A stretch of 64,000 bases of DNA from Octopus sinensis (GCF_006345805.1 NC_042999.1:17918001-17982000); one strand, 5' to 3'. Shown: positions 41,108 through 55,163, counted from the stretch's first letter. Numbers and translations are program-made. Notes: a model not told the origin generated them from the letters alone.

Positions 41108-41856
41108 TCAGATGTCTGAGTAATTTATGCATCATAGTTATGAACTAGATTGACTTCCAATCTCTCACACTTACTTATTCCGTAGCCAAGCCTAATCGAT
41201 GTCAACTAACGACAACATATTTATTAAGGAATTTTATTCAGCGATTTTCATATCAAACTGAGTTATTATCTCTCAATTTGTCTGTCAAAATTTCGTTTCT
41301 GAAGTTCGTGGTAGGGGAATTAGAAGTTCGACGCATGGTCAGCTAAGGAAAGATTTGGGTCGTTGCCAGAGATAAGATTTGATTCTTTGAGATCAAGCGG
41401 ATTATGGTATTTGACTACTTACGGAAAATAAAAATTCCTTAGACAAATACGATTACACCGCAGGATTCTGAGTGAATTATTATTTGAAATACTGCCGGAA
41501 GTCAATGAATATTTAAGTACACGTGCATATGGTTTATATATGAGTCTATGTATATATAATGTATTCAAATGTTTATGCGCACATACACACACGCATACAA
41601 ACACTCGCAAACATACACTCACTAGTAAATACACGTACGTATAGAAATATACTTGTATATATGCATGTATGTATGTATGTATGTATGTATGTATGTATGT
41701 GTGTGTGTGTGTGTATGTGTGTATGGATGGATGGATGGATGCATGCATAGTTCCATTTGCATATGTATATATACGTACTCAGGAGCGTAGAGGCATGGAG
41801 TTGACTATCTTTTTACTGAAATTCTGCATGTTTTTTAGTTATATTTCCAGTACACT

Positions 41857-42110
41857 TTTTACTCTTTTACTCTTTTACTTGTTTCAGTCATTTGACTGCG
41901 GCCATGCTGGAGCACCGATTTTAGTCGAGCAACTCGATTCCATGACTTATTCTTTGTAAGCCTAGTACTTATTCTATCGGTCTCCTTTGGCGTCTTTCAG
42001 TTTCCATCTACCAAATCCACTGACAAGGCTTTGGTCGGCCCGAGGCTATAGTAGAAGACACTTGCCCAAGATGCAACGCAGTGGGACTGAACACACAGCC
42101 ACTTTTGTGC
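41857..42110 (-). mobile_element. SINE family A, internally deleted
   Basis: Both ends are present; the microsatellite-containing middle is missing. Confidence 0.8.
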
Positions 42111-42317
42111 CTATTCATTGGTTGTAACTGTTTTCTGCTGATTAGAAGATTTCTTTCTAATCATATATGGCCAATTTTGGGGACTGATATAGCGAAATAT
42201 TTTGACAGTGACTGTTCACAAGTAGGCTCTCATATTACAAGCACTTATGCCTTCATAATCTTTGTATCTTCCTATATTTATATAATCAAATATCATTATT
42301 TTATAGTGATTTTAAAG

Positions 42318-42540
42318 TGGCAAGTTGGCAGAAAGTTAGCACGCCGAGCAAAATATTTAGCAGTATTTTGTCTGTCTTTACGTTGTGAGTTCAAATTCCG
42401 CAGAGGTCGACTTTGCTTTTTTATCCTTTCGCGGTCGATAGATTAAGTACCCGTTGCGTATTTGAGACGATCTAATCGACTTCCCCGCTACTCATTCCTC
42501 AAAATGTTGGCGACTTGTGCCTCGAATGGAAAAGAATATT
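42318..42540 (+). mobile_element. SINE family B
   Basis: Homology to the copy at 5452. Confidence 0.8.
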
Positions 42541-45222
42541 TTATAGTGGTTTGTTGTATATTTGTCACACCATGGTCAAATTTCTATGGGGTTGAAATCC
42601 ACACTTTATCTTCTACAGGGCCTGCATATATTCACTTATCTACAAGTTTACAATCATTTGCATCTGTTTAGTGCATCAAGTATTATTTTATTTCCTGTTC
42701 CTGCATTGCAAAAGCGTATCCTTTGTGAGTTAACATTCCGGCTTTTAGTTCAGTATAGACTAATTTCCTTACCGGTATTCCTGTTATGTTTATAGGGTTT
42801 AAAGTCCTGTATGACACTTTGCTTGTATGTATAAAACCCCTCTTCTCGTATGTATATATAACTTCTGATATTGTATATGTAAGTATGTATACAATTTTAC
42901 TCCTGATAATGTTACGATAGACCTTAGCAACGTTTCTGGGTCTGTATCTCTTTTATACTAACCACAATAAACATATTTCTACTTCTCTTTATACACACCA
43001 TACTATTGCCTCAAACCCTTTTAAAAAGGTCATGAAATACATCCTCGAAGTAGCATCAATTCTATAGTAACTAGATATCTACTGAGTGGTGTTTGACCTG
43101 TTATATACAACAACAATATCACCAGGCTAAGCAAAACACAGTATTATTGATTGAACACCCTCATGCTGACTAAACCAGATAAATATTCAGTTTTTGTTTT
43201 TAATTCTGTAATATTTTCTCGTATTTCTAATTGGAGAATATATTCGAAAGAATTTCTTACCAATAATTTATTAGCAATTATTGGGTACAAAAATAAGTAT
43301 GGTAACATTGAGAGAAATTGCATCATGTCATACAGCTGCTATAAATTCTCTGTTCAAATATTTGTATTTTGTTATACAATTTGTTATGTAAAACATTTGG
43401 AAATAGATGGACTATTTCAGGAATGAATATTATGAAATGTATAAAATATTAATACCGATTCCAAAATTAATTTTAGATATCACAATCTCACATTCGCATA
43501 TTTACATCTATACACATGCATATTCGTGTGTGTGTGTGTGTTTGTTTGTTTTGTGTTGTGTGTACGTGTGTGTGTGTTATGTGTGAATGTGTGTGCATAT
43601 GCTGTTGCTCATAAGCGATGTTTCGGAGATTAATATCCCTTAGGGGTGCTACAGTGAAAGCCAGTTTCTCTCCACAAAATGGAAAGTTGAATGCATGAAT
43701 ATTGAAGAATAAAGCACCCTCTATCAATATGTTCCACATGTGACGCACGACCCCTTTCTATCAGTCACTCCAAGAACATTAAACCAATGTATCTTGTAAT
43801 CAGATGTACTTCCTACTGAGCAAGAGTTTGCCTGGAGTGCCCACAATTATTACAAAATATTTCGCAATCAGGCACTTGAACATAAATATTGCTACATCAT
43901 TTTAATGCATTTGGTAAGATCATACTTCTATTTGGATGAAAAACATAGAAAATGGAGTATTTTAATAAGAGAATTCCAGTTTTAAAATGTTCGCTCCGAG
44001 AATTGCTTTCCCTCGCGTTCGTTACAATGTGTTTATTTATTATTGTAGTTTTGGCTTTAAGCGCCCCTCCTAGCGTGAGGCATTTATGTAAAGAAATGTC
44101 CTTAATATCAATAGATATATTTAAGGGGAATATATGGAGTAAGTAAATGAAGATCCGCTTAAAGGCAATAACACCAGTTTTCTTTTGGAGGTATCATCGA
44201 TTCGTTACCAGTTGTTTACACGAAAATCACATTTTTTCTGTATATGTCTGCTTGAGGCCAACCTAGTGTGTAAATACAGATTACTTGTGTCCTTCACCGA
44301 ATAACGAAACCGCAATTTCGTGACGATGGGACATGTGGGGACAGGAAAGCTTGTAACAGTACAGTAGTGAACCTTCTCTAACAGCATAACGTTGGCGTAT
44401 GCAAACGCCTGATATATTACGATACATATTATATTCAGTCTCCCTACGACACAGATATTTTCTTAATGTTTTAATATTTCTATTTCGCTTTACTTCCTTT
44501 GTATTTCTTTAAAGGAATCTTATGCATTCTTTTGTTTACGCCAGGTTAGCACTGATTATAACAATGGCCATCCCACGTTTTCCAATAATGTTCATGTAAG
44601 AATATGCTATTAAATACAAGATGCATAAATTAGGTTTAACGGTATTTGAAAGTGATTTGCATCTCTATAAGCCACTCCAACAACGGCAAGCGGCTCTTAG
44701 TGTATCTTCTCAAGCATGAAAGTGAACACAATATGATACGAATATCATTTGTACAAATAGACGACGCCATATTATGTTCGATGCTTCCATTCTTTCTAAA
44801 TGTGTAACATTTCCTTTTAGATTTGTTACATATTAAAGCATAATGCTACTGTTTTAAGAAGCTTTAACCTATAAATCGGAAACAGACAAAGCACTTTACA
44901 TCCCCAAATCAGTAGTGTGTAGGCGTATACAAGTTAAGATACAATGCAACGTTGTACTGTACGTGGAATTTTGTTTTCTAAACTGATGATAAACGCGAGG
45001 ATAATTTTTTTAGGAATATTAATGAAAAATTGATAGATTCTCTCAAATTAATAATTCGTTCATATATTTGGAAATACTTATTATTTGTCTTCCAAATTTG
45101 TATGTTTGCATGTAGAATATATTATATTCAGGGTAAATCTCGCTTGATTCCCTTCGATATTATCAAAGGAATGCCGATTTTACTGATTTATTTTAGGAGT
45201 CTACAAACATCAGTGAGACATG

Positions 45223-45272
<50 letters not shown>

Positions 45273-46127
45273 TGTATGTATGTATGTATGTATGTATTAG
45301 CATTGATGTAATAGTTATATTAGCAATGTAAGATAACACTGGGAATTGAGCAGTATAAATCATGCATATAAAGGGACCAAGATAACAGGAAAAATTTACC
45401 TAGTGTCTGAATAAGATGTTAATTATTCTCAGCATATTTGATATATTTGCAAATTATTTGGTGTCGTACACATTTATAAAAATTAAATACCATTGATAGT
45501 ATTCCTATACTTTCTCAAGGAGTCCACTTAGACGCTCGTTCAATAAGTCATGAATCTATGCAGAAGATATTTCTTTTCAAATCCCACATCTTCAGGAGGT
45601 TACACATTCCGTTTTATCTCACAGGTGAAAGAAACCTGTTTTCATTTTCATAATCGATGTTCAGATAGATGAAGATTTGTTACATGTGTATATAGTATTT
45701 ATATACTTATATATTTATACAGAAATACATATCCACATACATATGCACACAATCATACATACAAAAACGCATGTATGCATGCATACATGTATATACACGC
45801 ATATATATATATATACATACTTAAAAAGATATGCATACGTACATGTAGCTCTGGCGCCTTCAAGATTGAGTGGTATCAATGATTATGGCGAGAAACGACT
45901 ATGTAATTGTGGTTGGCTCATTGACTGACGAGGAAAACTCAGATGCGAATATTCCGTATATTGTCTTTGTATATATTTCCTGTCCGTTAAATTTTCGTTG
46001 AGTTTCCCGTTCACTCTGCTTTCGTCTAACATTTTCTAATTGTTGTTTTCTGTCTACCCAACCCTTGATCCATATATGTACAGACACACAAACAGATATT
46101 CACACAGACATATATATTTATATATGA

Positions 46128-46185
<58 letters not shown>

Positions 46186-46190
<5 letters not shown>

Positions 46191-46408
46191 ACAAGATAAG
46201 GGCAGAAGAAAAATTCTAATGCCAGATACGCCGAAGCAAAAAAAATTGTTGATAACCATAAAATTTTTTTGTTTCGGCGTATCTGGCATTAGAATTTTTC
46301 TTCTGCCCTTCTCTTGTAAATTATGTATAAATTTCACCTTTAAAGGCATTTTTTGTTATGCTGGCCATTGATAAAATATTTTTCCCGAAAAAAATGTTAT
46401 CCTATATC

Positions 46409-46411
<3 letters not shown>
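46186..46411. mobile_element. (TA)n-embedded fold-back element (~62 bp arms)
   Basis: Arms at 46186-46247 and 46262-46322; homolog in opposite orientation at 59695-59860. Confidence 0.75.
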
Positions 46412-46444
<33 letters not shown>

Positions 46445-47268
46445 GCGCGTAGCCTATCTAATGTATATTATGCAGAATAGTTATTATAGATAATGTGTCT
46501 TAAATATCCCTTTCATAGTTAGTGTCGTTCAAAGTTGATTGACGGTGGTTCTGTCTCTTAAACATATCTCTTTCCTCTCTCTCTATCTATCTATCTCTCT
46601 ATCTCTCTCTCACTCTCTCTACATATATATATATATATATGGCTGTAAGTATGTATAAATACATAAGCCATCATCCATCGACGTCTCAAGCCCGCTATGA
46701 TGGCTCTAAATTAAATTTGAAATTCCCTTCATTTTCTTAGGCATTTAATGCTTTTAACTAAATTGTTGTTGTCACTTATTAATATGTTCCATATCAGAAT
46801 GATTCTATACCCATATACATGAATTAAGCGTAAAGTAGGAACTATATGACTGGTGCAATGTATTAGTGTGACATGATTTAATTTACGTAAAATGAATAAA
46901 ACTAATGCAACCGCTTTGCATTGAACATTTACTTGCTATAGTAAACCATCCACAAAGATATATAATAATATATTGCGCATAAAATTTGCTTACTAATTAG
47001 CGTATAGAATACCAAAATAAAGAATAAACATATTTCAACTACAATTGAATAATGAATATTCCAATGATATTAAAATAGATGTAATGGTTACAATTTATAG
47101 CACTTGCTTAAGGTAAATGATCTGAGATTCTCATGTGACATATTATGATATAGATTAAAATAACGTCTACTCTGTGCTATTTTCTGAAATTGTATTTGCA
47201 ACTACGTCGAAAATACTGTCATTGATATTTCTTAGGTTGTCGCACTTTCAGATATATGCATGTATACA

Positions 47269-47377
<109 letters not shown>

Positions 47378-47696
47378 GTCTATCTATCTATCTGTCTATC
47401 TATGTACCTATCTATCTGTATATATAATATATATACAAAATATGTACAAAAACATACGTATATACATATATGTATATATATATGTATATATATAAATGTG
47501 TATATATATACATATATATATGTATATATATGATTTTGGACATATTTTGTATATATATATGTATGTATATAGATATATATATATATATATATATATTGTA
47601 TATATATGTATGTATGTATATATATATATATAATATATATATATATATATTATATATATATGTGTATATATATATGCAATAATATATATATATATA

Positions 47697-47776
<80 letters not shown>

Positions 47777-47781
<5 letters not shown>

Positions 47782-48330
47782 AATCAAGGAACGGCCATAA
47801 TAGGCCATTCACCCACTAGAAATAACAGCCAAAGCTTCAGCCGCAAAATAACATTAATTCCGTAAACCAGGAGAAAATTAAAAAGACATATACCCTGTAT
47901 ATAAATTTGGCGCGAGTGCGATGATTTGAAAATTTTAGGTCAGATATTGCCGAGGCAGGGACAGAAATGCCTCGTGAAAATATCTGTTCCGATCTGGCTA
48001 TTTCTTACTGACGATTCTAAGGGCCTATGGAAGATTGGCTTGATTTAATTTAATCAGGTTAGTTTACCATTAAACAGTAGATGAAACGGTGCATCGTATA
48101 AGAAATTACAGGGTAACTGTTTTTTAATTTTCTCCTGGTTTACGGAATTAATGTTATTTTGCGGTTGAAGCTTTGGCTGTTATTTCTAGTTGGTGAATGG
48201 CCTATTATGGCCGTTCCTTGATTGTGATGTTGAACTTAAAAATAGTCTATGACTATTTAATTTTTTTCCCACTAGGCCGCTGGTGGCAAAAAAATTCTAC
48301 AAAATTTTTTGCCACCCTATATTGATTAAT
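47777..48330 (+). mobile_element. (TA)n-embedded element: ~122 bp inverted arms enclosing a complete hammerhead ribozyme
   Basis: Arms 47777-47899 and 48107-48228 are nearly identical; HHR at 48000-48106; terminal hairpin at 48282-48316. Confidence 0.85.
48000..48106 (+). ncRNA. Complete type I hammerhead ribozyme with extended stem II
   Basis: Stem I ATTTCTTA/TAAGAAAT (8 bp), CTGACGA, long stem II, GAAA, near-palindromic stem III CGGTGCATCG, cleavage triplet GTA (predicted cut after 48098). Confidence 0.85.
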
Positions 48331-48923
48331 TATATATATATATATATATTTACGTATTCTGTCAAATCGCAAAATTTATGACATATGGACTTTTACATTT
48401 TATATTTTGCTTCACGGAAAGCAGCTGCATCATCTAAAATAGCAAATTGCTTTGATTCTTTCTATGAGTTTCAACTTCAATAAAAAAAATACATTAATGA
48501 TGGCAATGATATTTCATCAAATGCCATTGAAATTCCATTATCAGCTACGTTTGCTAAACGCTTCTAGTATATAAATTCCTATCTTATACAAAGCTATGGA
48601 AGCAGTAATATGACCAATACAAAATATTAAATATATATATAACAAAATTATTTCAGTAATATCTTCTGTATAGATGCATGACTTATTGGGCGACCGTCCA
48701 ATCAAACATAGTGTACACACACATAAACACACACACACACACACGTACATACACAAACACACATTTAACAGCGCAGTGGAATCGGACATTTTGCATCAGT
48801 TTTAACCACTGGGTTATGTACAGAGTAACGGGAGACTGACACGACCCAAATATAGTGACATTGATGTGTGTGTGCCATGGTATTTAGTTCACTTTTATCG
48901 ATACATAATACAAAACATGCATT

Positions 48924-48954
<31 letters not shown>

Positions 48955-49658
48955 ATATATAATATATAATATATATATATATATGTTATATATAAATATA
49001 TATATTTATATATATATATATATTTACGTATTTACATATATGTAATATAATGTATTGTATGTAATATATTTTCCTGAATCTACGGATTAAAAAACAATGC
49101 TACGCCATTGGTTTAACTTGATACTAATTTTATCAATACTAATTTCTATCCTCGTTATTTAATGGAAATAATGCACCTTGTGTACATGACAATACCAACG
49201 AGTGAAAAATAGATAAGCACCAAAGAGGCGTACTAAACACTCCGATAATTGATGAGAAGTTATCTTTTCCTATTTTTGTCTTGTACTTTCCTCTCGTGTG
49301 TTTACGTATTTTTCACTCGTTGGTGATGTCTTCTATATAATGTGTATGTTTTTGGTATCTTGTCCTATTCTGATCTCTCGTGTGTTTACTTGTTTTTCAC
49401 TTGTTGGTGATGTCCTGAATTTTCATTTTATTTATTTATTTTTCTTTATTTATTATCGAACGCTACGCACCTTGACTGCAGTAAGTTCTTACTTTCATAT
49501 ATACATACATACATAAAAATAAATCTATAAATATACATATATGTATATACCAGAGTAAGCGTAAGTACATAAATGCGAAACAAGGTGGAAAAATATTAGT
49601 CGAATACCGGGTGTAAAATAATATGCTCTATAAAAATGCACCATAAATATCGCAAAAG

Positions 49659-49696
49659 CTGTTACTCAGAGTTTCACGCATCCATTCGTCAGACAC
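49659..49696 (-). ncRNA. Type I hammerhead ribozyme motif
   Basis: Minus strand TGT-CTGACGA-ATGGATGCGT-GAAA-CTCTGAG-TA-ACA. Confidence 0.65.
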
Positions 49697-50039
49697 TGTT
49701 ACTGAGAATAGCACAAAATAGACAGTTTGTTCGATAGATACACATTTGAAAATGTTCTATTGCTAGTCCTTCTAACTAATGGTCTTGTCATTGACCCGTT
49801 ACATGAAATAACAGTTGCGGTTTAAAATCATATTATTATAAAGATCGAAGAAAACCTTAAATCAAAACTAACTTATGCAGATGGGAACAGGATCTGATTA
49901 TCCAAGGCAAATAATTATTGGTGAAAATAATGATCAATTTACAGAAATTAACAGATATATTCTGTTAAAAGAATTTCACCCTAAAATACATATACTTGTA
50001 ACAATACATACACATACCAAGCAACCTGATACTCATTTA

Positions 50040-50423
50040 CACTTTTACTTGTTTCAGTCATTTGACTGCGGCCTTGCTGGAGCACCGCCTTTAGTCGAGC
50101 AAATCTACCCAGGACTTATTCTTTGTAAGTTTAGTACTTATTCTATCGGCCTCTTTTGCCGAACTGCTACGTTATGGGGACGTAAACACACAATCATCGG
50201 TTGTCAAGCGACGTTGGGAGGACAAACGCGCACACATAATTATATACAGATACAGATATACGACGGGCTTCTTTCAGTTTCCGTCTAGCAAATCCTCTCA
50301 CAAAGCTTTGATCGGCCCGAGGGTATAGCAGAAGGCTCTTGTCCAAGCTGCCACGCAGTGGGACTGAACCTGGAACCATGTGGCTCGTAAGCAAGCTACT
50401 TACCACACAGCCTCTCAACGCCT
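50040..50423 (-). mobile_element. SINE family A, full length
   Basis: Homology to 122-593 and 12850-13322. Confidence 0.9.
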
Positions 50424-51467
50424 ATATATATTTATTGTTTTATACCTTGAATGCATGTATAAATAGATTGTTACTTAACTTTTCAAAAAATAAAAATTGA
50501 TAGGTTCATTAATTCGTGCTAAACTTTTGAAGTTATAGAAGATAACCTGAGCAAAACATTTTCCCCGTGGTATTTATCCAAACTTTATAATTTTGTTATT
50601 TTACTGAATGAGTTGTAAAAATGTTTTATTTAAACTAAATAGTTTGTAGCTTTACATTAATATATTAAAGAGGATATTTATATTATTTCACTGGATGCAA
50701 AAACAAATTTATTATTAAGTACTATAACATAGCACTATATCACAATATATGTTATTAAATTTCAGATATAAGTTTTAATTATGGTATCATCTTTATAGAA
50801 AAATATTATGAGTATAATAACTTTATATGATATCGTTAAATTTAATAATGAGAGCACTTAGCGCAGACATCTGCGAAGCCAGTACCAACGTCCACTCAAT
50901 GATGAGCCAGAGAAGATTTTCAAAATGAGATTATCTCGAATGTACTCGACTGCTCTCAGAAATGAAAATATTCTCAAAAATTAAGTGCAAAAACCAGAAA
51001 AATAATCCATAACCTTGTCCAGTACTGGATCGATACCAAAATCTTGTCAGTTGTTGCCAGTCACGGAGCTAAACATACCTGAAATGTTCTTGTGATACCA
51101 TCCAGCGGTTCTTGTGATATCTTGACCACGTACAAACAAACAAACAAGCATGATTGAAGACAATACATCCGCCTCCGATACGGGTGAGGTAAATATATAT
51201 ATAAATAATTTTAGAAAATGCCCTATTGTTATCAAAAACGTTTGTACTGTATGTTTTGCCGGTTATTTCTCCGTAATCAATGAAGTTATAAGTATATAAA
51301 CATTGATTTGCAATGGTATTTTCCTCTGATAAACTAAGTAAACTTGTGTTTTTACTTGTTATTTGCTAAGGATAAAATCTATATCAATACGCCTAAAAAT
51401 AGTAGAATAATTCTTAAACATAATTATATATGTGTCAGTCCAGGAAATGGAAGAATGCTACTGGTAT

Positions 51468-51750
51468 GTAGCCCCAGGAAACACCGTTAACAGTTGGCTA
51501 CGTGAGACAAGCGTTCTGAGTCCTTAAGATTTCAAACAGGAAATATAAGCACCCCCAACCAGCAAAGCCTGCAAGCATCGACAGCAAGCAAGCGAAGCTA
51601 CTCCAGACTGATGAAGAGCAATAACTCTGGAACTAGTCTCTAGATGCTGTCTTTGCTTGGTGGAGATGCTTATCGCCCTTGTTTGAAAACTTAAGGACAC
51701 TGAACGCTTGTGTCAAGTAGCCAACTGGAATCGGTGTTTCCTGGGGCTGC
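51468..51750. mobile_element. Fold-back element (~110 bp arms) with a hammerhead in the loop
   Basis: GTAGCCCCAGGAAACACCG...AGCATC mirrored by GATGCT...CGGTGTTTCCTGGGGCTGC; HHR at 51603-51643. Confidence 0.8.
51603..51643 (+). ncRNA. Type I hammerhead ribozyme motif (GAAA mutated to GGAA)
   Basis: AGA-CTGATGA-AGAG-CAATAA-CTCT-GGAA-CTAG-TC-TCT; palindromic ACTAGT stem III and GTC triplet. Confidence 0.7.
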
Positions 51751-52533
51751 CACATTAAGTTGGCGACAAACCACCACTTTATAGAGCTGCTACTGTATAA
51801 GTGTTTCTGAGAGATCTAGAAATGCAATATCTTTAATAATTATGTATGTTTTAAAATACTTATGCATATATGAATATTTCTTGTAGACCCTATAATATTT
51901 ATTATATATCATCACATTATTGTCTTTGGAATTCTTATGCACATAAAAATTATAGAATAAGAAAAGTATTGGCTTACGCTAGTTCACTTCCTTTGGTAAA
52001 GCTAGTTAAAATTCTGATACATTATTTATATATATATGTTATCAGTTTTATGTAAAAAAATAATATAGTTTATTATAATCGTAAATTTATACATTTGTTT
52101 AACATCGGCGTATTTAGTAGAAACATTTGAATTAATCAATGCTTGATGAAAAAAATTTTATTGAAATTAGTGTCTGAATAAAATGTCCTTATTCATAATA
52201 TTACATAGAAATTTGAAATAAAATATATTTCCTATAACACCATAAATTCTTAAGATATTATATAGATGTTGTTACATAATAAAACTGGGCAGTGATTATT
52301 TTAGATTATAATACCTTCAGATAAATATTATTAAAGACTTATAACAACATTTTATGGCCGTTGTAATTATCTTGTTCATTCAATTTATTTTATCTACTTG
52401 AGTTTTGGTTGTGCTTTTATTATATATATATATTTTTTTACATTATTAATCCTCAATCTTGTAAATATATGTATATTTTAAATCAGTCTACTTTATGAAA
52501 GTCTGCATGAAATTTTGTCTATATTTTAGACAA

Positions 52534-52618
52534 ATATTTCTCTGATGAGACTCATATGCATAAATGTGAATTTTTATAAATTCAGTCGTGCATATGAGTC
52601 GACAAAAATGTAGGATAT
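52534..52618 (+). ncRNA. Degenerate hammerhead with perfect 12 bp stem II
   Basis: CTGATGA-GACTCATATGCA...TGCATATGAGTC-GACA...GTA-GGATAT. Confidence 0.6.
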
Positions 52619-52851
52619 GTATTTGTTATAATTATTTGTTTTATTATATTATACATTTTCATAGTATAATTATATCATAATGTTGATAAATTTTTATGTT
52701 ACTTATAGTTCTCTATTTCCATTAAAGTTTATATATTGAAATTATGCCATTTTAAGTTGGGATTTTTTCTCTAGTATATATTGTAGTATCTAACTGAAGA
52801 GCTAGTGAAAGTTGGATGTTTTCCTTCCTTTTGAAGGAAACTATATTCTGC

Positions 52852-52972
52852 ATGGATTGATTACGAATGATAATGTATTTGTATATGACTTAAGTAATGC
52901 ATTTGTATATATATATATATGTGTGTGTGTGTATGCATGTATTCACACACACACATTTATATAATATCTGTG

Positions 52973-53004
<32 letters not shown>

Positions 53005-53186
53005 TATACACATATGTATATACACATGTCTTTATACACATTTCATACGTGTGCCTTTGTGAGTCTGTGTGTGTGATTGAGTGAGACATTTTTTTCTTCT
53101 TCTTCTTCGTCTCACTCTTCTTCTTCCTCCTCCTACTACTATTACTGCGGTTATCATACCGCATACATACATTCATGTACAAACTG

Positions 53187-53221
<35 letters not shown>

Positions 53222-53373
53222 CATACACACTTATTCAAATACTCGTCTCTCACTCCTCTCTCTCAGAATACACACATACACACACACATATATATATATG
53301 GATTGATTAGGAATGATAATGTATTTGTAAGACTTAAGTAATGCATCTGTATATATATATATATTATATATAT

Positions 53374-53422
<49 letters not shown>

Positions 53423-53477
53423 GTGTGTGTGTGTATGTATTCACACACATTTATATACATATCTGTATATATATATG

Positions 53478-53508
<31 letters not shown>

Positions 53509-53612
53509 TTAGAGAGAGAGAGACATATGTATATACACATGTATTTATACACATTTCATACGCGTGCCTTTGTGAGTCTTTGTGTATGTTTGTGTGTGTG
53601 TGTTTGAGTGAG
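52852..53612. repeat. Direct duplication of a microsatellite-mosaic block
   Basis: 52852-53086 and 53298-53612 share ATGGATTGATTA.GAATGATAATGTATTTGTA and TTTATACACATTTCATACG.GTGCCTTTGTGAGTCT. Confidence 0.85.
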
Positions 53613-54069
53613 AGCTCAATATATACGTTCGTGTGTGTATTTGTGCGTGTGCATTTGTGTTTGCGAGTGTATGTTCTTTATATTTCTGAGTGCAAGCATC
53701 GTTAGCCTGATGGAAGGAGAGTAAAATAAGCTGAAGAAGGAGAATGGAAATAAAAAAAAAAAACAGATTAGCAAATAGTAATGATTATGTAAATCATGTC
53801 ATAGATTAAATCGAATTTAATAATTTCATTTACATATTTATTCCAGATTACTACGTTAATTCATTTTTATTGACATTCGTTATTTTCGGGCCTTCGAATT
53901 TTCACATTCACTATATTATTTAAATAGTGAAATCCCATAAAGTAAATATGATTTAATGAATGTTAGATACTTGTAATCATTTATACGCCTCTTATTAGTA
54001 AAATATGGCATAGCCTTGATCCTCACAAGTACAAAAATTAGATCACCGCTTAATAGAATCTTTACATGA

Positions 54070-54949
54070 TGAGGGTGTATCCAAAATAAACAGGGATTTT
54101 ACAATATTATGTTATTCTTTAAATTTTACATGTTAGCACTTTTATCGCCTTCTCAGTAGTCTTTATTTAAAGTAACATATCTGTCCACATAGGTTTTCCA
54201 CTGTTCGAATAACTACTAGAACTTCTGCTAAGAGATGCCTTTTAACACTTCCGTCGGTTTTCTCTTCAACTCTTGCACGTCTGTAAAATCCGTAGCACCA
54301 GCATTCGTCACCAGTGATGACCTTCGACAAAAGGTGTTGATCGGCATCCAACGGTTCATTCAGTTTACGACACGTCGAGACTGCTTTTGGTCTTCCATAC
54401 GAAAGTGAGGCACACTTTTGCGGCAACACTTTTCATTCGTAATTCCTCACTGAAAATTCGTAGGCAGGAGTTCCAGAACACACCAATCATATCCAAAAGA
54501 CGGTCCCCCAAAATCCGTTCATGATTTTTCATTGTTACCATTCTTTCGGTATGTCGACGGTCGCCCTAAACAAGGTAGGTCTTCCAGCGACAGGAGACCA
54601 TTCCTCAAGCGTGAAAACCACTCGCAAACTTGTATTTTGCGCTGGGCACCGTACTTGTAAGCATGGCAATTGTATCCACCGCTGTTTTCCACAGCAGGAA
54701 ACAGAATTTTACGGAAGTACGCTTTCTCTTTCTTTTAGCCGGCGATAAAATAACGAACATGTACTGAAAAAAAAAGCATTAAACAAAAAGAAAAATAACG
54801 CACCATGTGGCAGCTCCCCTTCACTAAACGCCCCCGATCTACAGACTAATACCTGAGGGTCGCATCAAATGACTTCTAGCGGTGAACGCCTGAACTGCAA
54901 CGGGCTTTTTCCCTGGAGAACGTTTCCTTTTAATTTGGGTACTCCCTCG
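54070..54949 (-). mobile_element. Internally deleted mariner transposon
   Basis: TIRs GAGGGTGTATCCAAAAT and ATTTGGGTACTCCCTCG|TA; SKVITGDECWCYG (first catalytic D motif); related to 25414-26306. Confidence 0.85.
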
Positions 54950-55163
54950 TATATTATACGTCATAAACCAATACTGTCTTGCGTATAACATCTATAGAAA
55001 TTCCTTCCTATATTTAAAACTTCCTTAATAGACCACTGAGCATATATTATATCTCTTCACAAATTCATTTTTATTAGAATTGAAATATTTTCTATAAGTC
55101 AAGGTGCCTAAACTGGTTGCTGCAGAAATTGTTTCCCGTAACTATTAAGTCTAAAAGATATAT

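Noticed and set aside
45924-46012. CTGACGA followed by a GGAAAACTCA/TGAGTTTCC stem
   Set aside because: No GAAA or stem III/UH follows the stem; at most a decayed remnant.
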